Assembly (NCBI GenBank): GCA_904063045.1
Contig: CAJFCJ010000021.1
Location: forward strand, 62,001-126,000
Origin: Dimorphilus gyrociliatus
Taxonomy: Eukaryota > Animalia > Annelida
Direction of reading: 5' to 3'
Length of the DNA stretch: 64,000 nucleotides
Below the pieces are notes generated by a model. That model ran no database searches and was not told where the DNA came from. It worked only from the letters and a program-made list of their open reading frames with translations. Made by a program: the position numbers and the translations under genes. This document shows, piece after piece, positions 13,239 through 29,536 of this stretch. Each line of letters begins with the position of its first letter. Position 1 is the stretch's first letter.

Positions 13239-13241
13239 TGA
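12890..13241 (+). pseudogene. DDX54: Truncated DDX54 5' fragment (exon 1, intron 1, start of exon 2)
   Basis: [18 protein letters not shown]|[15 protein letters not shown] ends in TGA (13239-13241) created at the rearrangement junction. Confidence 0.9.
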
Positions 13242-13535
13242 TAGTTTCATAAGGTATTTAGTAATCGTAACTCATTTTATCAGAGTTCCTATTGCCGCTT
13301 TTACTTGTGGAAGCTTAGGAGTTCTCATAACTGTTACATCTCTGCTATTACGACATATCTTTTGCAGAGAAAATCGCGATGTTGCAGAAGATATTAAACG
13401 TCGCAAACTCCGAATTCTATTAATATACATGCTAGTCATTATTAGCTTGTTAACGAGCCCGTCTTTGATTCATTTGGTACGTGGGATATTTGGAACAGTT
13501 GATCCTTGGAGAACACCGTGTGTTGCTGTATGCGT
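13234..13535 (+). pseudogene. PGAP1: Inverted 302-bp fragment of the PGAP1 last exon (source 3517-3216)
   Basis: Reverse complement of 3216-3517 with 6 substitutions. Confidence 0.95.
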
Positions 13536-13850
13536 AACGGGATTTCTTGTAGAGTTCACCACAGCTATAAAAATAAATACGTAAGCATAATTTAGATTAT
13601 TATAGGATTTATCTATGTATATATCTATTCACCAGTAGCAATTTCGTAGCTATTAGGGAAGGATTTATCTTTTCTCTCTCTTAAGAAATTTCCATTTACC
13701 TCCTCCACGATCTAACACTTCCAAGGTGCATTCTATGATTTTGTTATTATATTCACGAAATTCTTTTCCATTTGAATACAAAGTTCTCTACGCCCAAAAT
13801 CGCATCTTCCAACTGGTTTTGACTATTTTAGATAAACGAAAGTTGGGTAA
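13534..13850 (-). pseudogene. RNGTT: Degenerate RNGTT 3' fragments (copies of ~9857-10088 and ~10555-10640), with a ~468-bp internal deletion and a 1-nt insertion
   Basis: Manual alignment: about 9 substitutions plus 1 indel in ~232 bp, and 6 substitutions in ~85 bp. Confidence 0.92.
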
Positions 13851-13941
13851 AGCAAATTAGTATGTGATTGGCCTAATTGTATTTCCTAGCGATGACATCG
13901 AACGAGTGGATATTATTACAAGTACATATTTCAATGGCATA

Positions 13942-13954
13942 ATCGCTAAGCAAC
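13942..13954. promoter_or_regulatory. RFX X-box-like element upstream of PACRG
   Basis: ATCGCTAAGCAAC (reverse complement GTTGCTTAGCGAT), about 125 bp before the ATG of an axonemal gene. Confidence 0.55.
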
Positions 13955-14079
13955 TACGCACGCGGAAAGTGTGTTTATTGATTTTTCCTCTCATTCATCT
14001 AGACCTGTCGAGCGTCACCAGGTAGCATCTCCATCAATATAAGTCAGAAGAAGCATAATACCTGATCGGTTGTCCTAAA

Positions 14080-14972
14080 ATGGCATATAAGACGCCAAGA
14101 GGGCAAACAGACAGCTGTGGAACTCTAAGAAAGGAACGAATAAAAAGGAAACAGGTATATTCTCACTTCCTGTACATGCTGACGTGTTGTTAATACTGCG
14201 ATTTGTTATATAAATGAATTTCAGAATGATGGGCCATCAAGATGTGGCGCCTTTATGAGTTCTAAGTGCGAAACGCCCACAGAATTCATTAGATTTTACA
14301 AAAGAGGTGATTTGCCTTTAATTGTTGAACGAAATGACGTTAGATCAGGTGTAAAGCTTAAATGGAAGGTACAGATTGAGCAACTAGACTATCATCATTA
14401 TCTACCAATATTTTTTGACGGTTTACGTGAGACCACTGAACCATACGGATCTATTGCAGAAAGAGCAGTGCACGATATGCTTGAACATTGCCCTCACAAG
14501 ACAATCTTTTGTATTCCTCAATTAATAATTCCTTTGAAAAGTATCTATTAACTCTATCTTAATATAATGTCAACGTATGTAATGAATTCAATTGCAGAGG
14601 CATTAGAAACTCGCAAGGTTCGCATAGTTTGTAAGACTTTAAAGGCCATTCAACATTTAGTTGAGAGTGGAGAATCGATAGGAGAGTCCTTGGTTCCCTA
14701 TTATAGGCAACTTTTACCTGTTTTCAATGTCTTTAAAAATAAGAACGGTAAAGTATCGGATTGATAAGAAAATATTGGGATTTACATACAATTTTTTCAT
14801 GTGAATTGCAGTAAACACAGGAGACGCTATTGATTATGGACAACGTAAAAATGAAAATATGGGAGATTTAATTGATGAAACATTACAGCTTTTAGAGAGA
14901 ACAGGTGGTCCTGATGCTTATATAAATATAAAGTACATGATACCAGTTTATGAAAGTTGCGTTAAAAACTAA
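14080..14972 (+). CDS. PACRG: Parkin co-regulated gene protein (axonemal inner junction); exons 14080-14154, 14225-14540, 14598-14747, 14812-14972
   Basis: [91 protein letters not shown]. Splice phases are compatible. Confidence 0.95.
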
Positions 14973-15486
14973 TAACTAGTAGAAAAAATCATAAAACTAA
15001 CCTCAAATTGCACGATGTCGTAAATGAGAAAACGTGGAATTTTCTGACCTTCATGCTGATCCACAACTAGTTCCTGATGAAAGATATATATATTTGTAAA
15101 ACATATTATTATATGTTCAACGAAAAATTTCTTACACCATCCACAAGAGTATCAAATACAGAGTCTTCAGGAAATTTTCTTCTCGGAAAAGTTAAATTAT
15201 TTACTTTAAAGACAGTGTTATCTCTATCGAACATAAAAATTTGTTCTTTCCCTTTTATGTACATTAAATATCTGAAGCAGTTCATTTCAAATAAACAAAT
15301 CGAATTATAAAGATATTTAAATATATGCATGTGAAATTTACCTAACTCCATCAGCTTTCCAGCTGACTTTGTATCGTTTTTCACCCAAAAGACTAATATT
15401 TTGTCTATCCATAGATACAGGCTGGGCTCCAGCAAACCCATTCCTAACGTTGAAAAAACAAACTATAATACAATTATAATAACTTT
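14973..15486 (-). pseudogene. RNGTT: RNGTT middle exons, copy 2; exons 1-5 including the ATG are deleted (~1159 bp)
   Basis: Identical to 10702-11209, then joins directly to the RNGTT upstream region (12372 onward) through a TTT microhomology at 15484-15486. Confidence 0.92.
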
Positions 15487-16001
15487 TATTACAATTGGTA
15501 GATTTTTGAGAACGAATTGCACGAAAAATAGAACAAGTTGAAATAAGGCGTCTAAAAAAGTTTCAACCGTTAGCTGATTATCATAAAAAAGGATTGCATT
15601 AATCCAAATTTAAAAAGTTTTTCTTTAAGATAATATTCTGAGGATCAACATACATCTCTATGTGTATATGGAGGCTATCCCTAAACTTTTAACATGGTTA
15701 TATTCTGAAATGATAAGAGCAGAAGATGGTTGATTATCCGAGTATCACTCAGGAAAGCTTTAATTGAATTCACAGATATGTCTTACAATAAGATGATATA
15801 GTGACGCCATTTTGTTTATTCCCTATAAAAATTTTCTATCGAAAGCGAATATAGTTCGTGTATATTTCGTGGTGCGGTGTCTTTATCAAACACGTGTTTA
15901 TATCAGAATTTCTTTGGATTGTATTTAAAATTTAAGACTTGCTGATTGCAAAGAAAGTAAACATCAGAATTATAAAGTCCTAATACTAATTATTTATAAA
16001 G

Positions 16002-19000
16002 ATGGCCTCGAATATGAGGCGGATAAAGAAGCGAAAGCGCAATAATGAGGAATCGGAGGAAAACTTTACTGTTGTAAAACAAGTTTGTATACCTTCTAAT
16101 TATCAAATATATGTTAAGAAGGAACAATATTAAAAGTATTTTAAATAATTGATAATATTTATATATAATATTGATATCCACAAAGGAGAGAATTAAAAAA
16201 TGTTGATTTGTAAATTGAATTTTAAAGATTTTAATTTGCTACTCAAATAAAGATAAATAATGATTGTAAAACGTGAATATCTATAAGTGTTTCTTTTCAT
16301 TTCAGGATAAAATATTCAATTTAAACCAAAACATTACAGAAGAGGAAGATGAGGATGAAAGTGTTGTAACATCGGATATTCGAAAGAATATTCGAAATCA
16401 AAATCGAAAAATGAAAAAATCGGGTGGTTTCCAAGCTATGGGTATAACTTGTTTCATCTTTTTTTATTGAATCATTTTAATTGACAGACTGTTTATGGGA
16501 AATTAATTTTTTTCAAGGGCTGTCTAGGGGTGTCTTTAAAGGGTTAATTAGAAAAGGCTATAAAGTACCAACTCCAATTCAGAGAAAGGTAATTTCCTCT
16601 TATTCTCTCATTCAAAATTCAAAAAAACTATTATCACAATATTTTCCAGACAATTCCATTGATTTTGGATGGTAAAGATGTTGTAGCTATGGCTCGAACA
16701 GGATCTGGAAAAACAGCAGCTTTTCTTTTACCTATGTTTGAAAAACTAAAAGCAACATCTGCTAAAGCTGGTGCAAGAGGCTTAATTTTATCGCCCACCA
16801 GAGAATTGGCCCTACAAACTTTACAATTTACTAAAGAATTGGGAAAATTTACAGGTCTTAAAGCCGCTGTAATATTAGGTGGTGATAGTATGGAAGAACA
16901 GTTCTCCGTTATACACCAGAATCCTGATGTGTATGTTTAAAATGGAATTCATTAAATTCAGTATATTTAGTCAATTTGTTTTTTGTTATTTCTCTGATCA
17001 ATAGAATAATAGCCACGCCCGGAAGATTTATGCACGTTTGCGTTGAAATGGAATTGAAATTAAATTCTATAGAATATGTTGTGTTCGATGAGGCTGATAG
17101 ACTATTTGAAATGGGTTTCGCAGAACAATTAAAAGAAATTTTAGCTAGACTACCAGAAGATAGACAAACACTCCTTTTCTCTGCGACTTTGCCAAAAATT
17201 TTAGCCGAATTTGCTAAAGCAGGTCTACACGAGCCTACACTTGTAAGATTGGATGTTGAGACAAAATTAAGTGAAAACCTGCAAACCAGCTATTACCAAT
17301 GTCGACCTGACGATAAGGAAGCTGTTCTATTATATTTGGTTCAAGAGGTTGTTAAGCCATCAGAACAATGTGTTATATTCGTTGCTACTAGACATCACGT
17401 TGAATATCTAAATATGGTATATAAAACTATACTTAAAATCTACAAGTTCAATAAAACATTTTTCTATACAGATATTAAGAGAAGCTGGTTTAAAAGTTTC
17501 TTATACTTATTCATCACTTGACCCTGCAGCTAGAAAGATTGAGGTGGCCAAATTCAGAGCCCGTAAAACAAACTTCCTCGTAGTAACTGACTTAGCCGCT
17601 AGAGGAATAGATATCCCTACTTTAGATCATGTCATCAACTATAACTTTCCAGGGAAATCTAAACTATTTATACACAGAGTTGGTAGGGTAGCAAGAGCCG
17701 GTAGATCTGGATGGGCTCATTCGTTAGTAGCGCCAGAGGAAATGCCTTATGTACTAGATTTACATCTATTTTTGGGAAAACCCCTGAAACTTTACCAAGG
17801 CGGAAAAGAAGAAGAGAATGTTATGGGAACAGTCCCGCAAACAATCATTGATGAATGGGATCAATCAGTTAGGCGTTGGAATGAAAAGACAGATATTGTA
17901 TGTGAATAATACAAACTGCAAAATGTTCATTATAAATTGATTTTGTCTCTTCTTTTATAGGAAAATATGAAAAATGTGACGATCAATGCTTATAAACACT
18001 ATGTGAGAACTAGGCCTCAACCCTCAGGAGAGTCTATCAAAAGGATGAAGGAATTATTAGATGTTACTATTTGTCATCATCCTATATTCGGTATGATAAC
18101 GCTTTAAATTAGTTGACATATTTCTTTAAAACTTATTTCTTTCTCTTTACTAAAAGTAAATTCAACTAATAGCGAAGAAATAGAAAAGGAGAAATTAATA
18201 AAAAAAATGAAACAGTTTAAACCACCAGCAGTAAGTTAAATCAGTAGACTAGTAATGGAATTCGATTCATTTATTGTTCATTTCAAATAGACAATCTTTG
18301 AAATTCATAAGAAGAGAAATGCGTCTGTTATAGAAACCATGAAACAAAAAAGGGAAAAACACGCTGAAATAATCGAAGCAAATGCAAAGAGAAGCGAAGA
18401 AAGAAAAAATAATCAATTGAATGAATCCATTTCTTCTGATAGAGGATCTGTCCTTGATCAAGATGTTGATTTAGAAAATACATTTGGATCTATCATTGCA
18501 CCAAAACCTAAAATGAGGAGGGTTTTCAAGAAAGATGACGAAAGTTTCGTTCCTTACAAGCCAAAAGACTTTGCCAGTGAAAATGGGTCAGAACAAATAA
18601 CATTATATGAGCATATGATATATAATTACTAATAAATTATTTATCTACAAATTTAGGCTAAGCTTAAAGAGCAGTTTCGAGAAAGATGCCTCTAACGCCA
18701 TGATGGACCTAATTGGGGATGATCAGGATATAGGACGAAAACTTAATAATCATAAAAAATGGTAAAATGCTTAAAAATAACATATATATTTTTCATGTTA
18801 TACTAAGTTTAATTAAAAAATTTTAGGGATAGAAAGAAGATGAAATTTGTTGGAGAAACGAACGATAAGAAGAAAATTAAAACGGAAAGTGGTCAATGGA
18901 TATCTTCCACGTACAAATCGAAAGTATACAAAGAATGGTTAGATAAAACAAAAATGAAGTCAAGAGAGGAACACGCTGATATGGACAATGACGATCGAGT

Positions 19001-19272
19001 AAAAGCTCCTAAGAAGGCAAGGTCGGGCAGATTGCAAGTTTTAGGAGGCGAATCCAAATTTAAAAGTTTGTTTTTTTCATTCAGTTATAGCTGATTATTT
19101 AATCGTATGTCCTTGTTTTCCAGGAGGTTTTCATACAAGGCGTGAAGAAACTAAAGCCAATAAGAATAAAAGAGAATTAAAGAGGAAAGATGAAATTGTT
19201 AAAGAACGAAGGAAGAAAGCCAATCTTCAAGCTCGTATGAAACATCGTGAAAAACGAAAAAGGAAACGTTAA
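16002..19272 (+). CDS. DDX54: DEAD-box RNA helicase DDX54/Dbp10 (multi-exon)
   Basis: [84 protein letters not shown], and the Dbp10 C-terminal [18 protein letters not shown]. Confidence 0.96.
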
Positions 19273-19531
19273 AGTGCTGAATTAGCTCTTTTATCTGTTA
19301 GAAGACAATTCTACGAATAGAAATTGTTATTCAAGTACCCTATTATTGAATAAATTTTTCCATTTCAACAATGAAACTGTTTTCTGACTCATGACCATTC
19401 CTAATATAAAGGCCTAGTTACAAATATTTGTTTCAATAACTTGATAACATGTTTCAAAGGCATAGAAACTATAGTAACACCGAGACAAAAAACAATGTAG
19501 AACTACTCAGTGAACTAGAAAAACTCTCTGT

Positions 19532-19545
19532 GTTGCCATGACAAT
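19532..19545. promoter_or_regulatory. Strong RFX X-box with adjacent CCAAT box
   Basis: GTTGCCATGACAAT versus the consensus GTTGCCATGGCAAC, with GATTGG a few bases downstream. Confidence 0.6.
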
Positions 19546-19575
19546 CCCCTTGATTGGAAAAACGCCTTGATTCTT

Positions 19576-20092
19576 ATGAAACAAAAACATAGCCTAACAT
19601 TATTTAAAAGGTATGAAATGAACCTTTTCAGGTAAGGTAGCAATCACATTCCCACAGCTAATTAATATGACAAACCTATTGTCTAACTTACAGAAGCACC
19701 TAAATAGTGATTTGTTCATATCTGTTTAATAATCACAATAGACTTTGAATTGTTATTAATAAAACTTTGTCAGGAAATGCGGGAATTTTAGAGTATTTGA
19801 AAAATATCGATTGATATTTAACAAGAGGTATGCGATCTTTAATTTGTATGTATTGTGAAAGACTAACGTCAGGATATCATTTAACAAAATAAATATATAT
19901 CTTGACGGCACTCCTTCGAACAATTGCTCGTATTTTAACAAAGGAAAATGGATATATCCTGCCTATGATATACATAAATTATTCGCTTTTTTTGAATCTA
20001 TTGCGTGGTCTATTAAACCTTTAAATTACATTACTTTAATAATGCATACATTTTATAGCCTATATGGTTTAAAAGTATCTAAAAGTAACTAA
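19576..20092 (+). CDS. Candidate 3-exon small gene (109 aa), unknown function; exons 19576-19631, 19774-19827, 19873-20092
   Basis: Donors AG|GTAAGG and AG|GTATGC, acceptors TTTGTCAG and CTAACGTCAG. Phases 2-2-2 are compatible, and the gene lies 30 bp behind an X-box. Confidence 0.4.
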
Positions 20093-22149
20093 AAAATATT
20101 TATATTTCATTACTCTAAATGCTCTATTTTGGAAGATAAAGAGTAATCAGTAGACTGTTAAAAATGGTTGAATATTTATTTAAAGTGTCAATGTGTACCT
20201 CTTTAAATCTCTCTCTCTCTTTCTCCCTCTTTCACTTTGATTATTAAATAATACACTCCTTGCTTTTCTCTTGTTTGCATTTAATTTAATATTTATTTTT
20301 AACTTTTCTCCTTTCTATTTTAAAACTAGAGAGATTATTTTACATAGTTGTGCACTTTCCGGAAGTTGGTAAACCTTGATTAAGAGGGACAGTATGAAAT
20401 AAGCTTTAGATATAGGGGGAATACTAAAAAAGAGGAAGGATATAGTTATAAATAACAATGAATTTCTAAATATACTGTATATATTAATATTTGTATTTGT
20501 ATACAGCATATTGTGTACATTTATATATACTGTATATATATATATATATATATGTCTAAAATAGGTAGCGGCTAAATATTATATCTATTTTCGTTCAATC
20601 TGCAATATATTCTCTTGAACAGAGAGAATAAAAGATCTTTTTAGCACCTACCTCTTACTTATAAGTGTTTTAATCTGTTATGAAATGGCGCAAGTAATAA
20701 CCAACTCAGTTACCATTTTGTTCACGGTCAATTTCCTGTTAGAAGGTCACAGTTAAGCTGAAAGGCTTGTTTTTTTCTTAAGGGCGTAGTTTTATAGCTT
20801 TGTTATTATATAAATTTCTATTGACTTTGGTTAAATTTTTAAGTATATATATTCTCTTATAGAAAAATATAATACAAATCAATCAGCTTAACAGTATTAA
20901 TAATTAAAATATATCTTTTGAAAAAATATATGGAAGCTTAATAGAAAAAGATAAACAAAAAAGAGAAAGAAAAGGATAAAGCAGGAGAGAGAGAGAGAAA
21001 GAGAGAAAGAGGTAGAGACAAAATAATTGGGTATAAAATGATAAATTTAAGAAATAATATTAGTTATATCATCTAAAGACACTCTTTATTGCTTCTTGAT
21101 AGAATAAAATAGGAAAAACTTGAAAGGGATATGCATACTTATCCCTTACTTAATTTGTAATGTATTTATACCTTAAGGAATTTTTTAACATTCTTTATAC
21201 TAATAGAAATGATTTGTTAGTATATGTTCTTATTATTCGTCTCTTTCTTTGTCAATTTCCTACCTATCGACCATAACAGCCTAATTTTCTACACCCTTTC
21301 TTTCGTCAACAAGTAAAAGAATTAATGATTACGTTTATTTTGAAGTGATTACTGTATTATTTCCTTCAATTATAGATTTCAAGGAAATATATCAATTGAA
21401 TAACACTTTTAAAAAGTTGTCTATTATTATATCACCCGTTTATTCATATATATTACAGTTTTTCCGTTATGAAAGAGCAATTTTCTTTCTGGCACAGACA
21501 AATACATTGACAATGACATACCTAAACGAACTTATATAAAAAGAGAAATACTTGAACGTATAGGGCTATATGATCGGATGTCAAAACTAGATAGATGAGA
21601 GAGGATATATTTTATATAATTTATAAAATAATCATTTTATCAAGTTGTTTTATTGTTTGTATTAATATAATTGTATTTTTATATTTTGCGTTTGAATCTG
21701 AAGATAAAGTAGAGTGGGGCATAGCATAAAAGTATATATACACTGTATAGTTAATACAAAAGTGTATATATATTGTATATAGAGGATATTAATAGGTTAA
21801 AAACCGATAAAAATAGGCGAGAAATGGAAAAAAAAGTAAAAACAAACTTGTGGTTAAAATTATTAATGACCTTTTCGATCAACTTAAACTAAATTGATTT
21901 GAAACCTATTAGAATAAATTACAAGTACTTTGTACTTGGAAATATTTACTTGCAAATATCTGGTATATCACATCCTTTTATAAGCTTTTATTCCTTTTTA
22001 CGATAATATATCAAATATAAACTATACTATTTTTTCTATAATAGGACTAGTTTTAGCAGAAGTATCTTTTATTGGAAAAATTATTGATTAATATAGTTAC
22101 CGTATTTCTAAATGCAGAGAAAAGTAATGGAAATAAACAAACATGAACG

Positions 22150-28208
<6,059 letters not shown>

Positions 28209-29536
28209 CTAAAACTACTAAGTTTACCTGATTTATTAATTCTCTATTGCTCAGGTTGTAATTGCGTCTAATCATTTATGTTGTGTCGTTGCTACGTCAC
28301 CATATAAACTGGTTACGGAGTTTATTTCTTTACTAGTGTTCTAATCGATATTAATGAGATTATTAGGTCATTATACCATAGATGGAGCTATTGGATTATC
28401 ATAAATTTTTTAAGTGGTAAATACTGCAAAAGATATTCTAGGTAAAGTTTTCAAGATATTCTAATAATCTATACAAAGGTTGAAGTTGTCCTTAGAAGAC
28501 AAAGCAGATGTATCAAATTACACAACTCTCTTAAAGAAATAAAAGAGAAGGTATGAAAAGAGAGAAGAATAAATTTTTCTGGTTGAAAGGGTTCGTTTGT
28601 AGTTTCGAAGAAGTAGCACTTGACCTATAGACCATGTTCGTCCTAAGTATGATTTCGTATCTTATTTTTAAGTCAGACTAGGTGAAGAAACAATTTGAAA
28701 GTTCGTTCGTTATTCCATCAAATCTATTATGTTATTCTTAAGAAAAGCTTATATTCTTGAACTGATTTTTCTTCAAAGGGGCATTAGAATGAATGAAAAT
28801 AGCAAATAAATGAGAAAGAGAGAGAGAGAGAGAAGAAAGGAGAAATAGAAAGACAAAACAAAAAATTCTATTGAACCAGAGAACTTTATTCAACATTTGT
28901 ATATATTTCTTTTATATTACATTTATAAGGTTGACTCTTTCCCTTGGCCTTAACATTACTTTTTCTCTTTCTTTTTCAAATATTCCAAACCAATAATCAA
29001 TTTTATCGAATAACAGAATAACGTTTAAAGAAGAATCAAACTGAGATTAATATATGTTTTATCAAGTTGAAATAAACGATTAGCTTGGCTTTGTATACCA
29101 AGTTTGCGAATGTTCAAAATGAAAAATTGAGAATTAAGTTATTTTTTTGTCCCTTTTCCTTTCTTTGTATCTTTATATATATATATATCTATTCTTATTT
29201 ATAATAGTAGTAGTAGAGGTAGGAGGAGTCGATGTTATTTCAATTAATCAGAAGAGGGAAAATGGAAAAAAAATACGTTGAATTAGGGATAATTGATAGG
29301 CTTAATATTTTATTTATCAATTATTCAAGCCGATGAACGTTGAAATGTAAATAACTTACATATAACAAGAATACGTTACATTTATTATTTCTATTGATAT
29401 GTCCATATTGTATAAACCAATGATAGAATGTTAATAAATTAGTAAGTTCAATGAAGATAATATTTTATTTGAAAACGAGAGAAAAAAGGCAGAAACAGAC
29501 ACTATTTGTTGAAATACTCAATTAGATATTTTAGCT

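Noticed and set aside
9857-16350. Interpreting the duplication as an uncollapsed haplotype or as a mobile element
   Set aside because: The copies carry complementary deletions, so each intact gene is present once. There are no terminal inverted repeats, LTRs, target-site duplications or transposase. Read-level confirmation is still needed.
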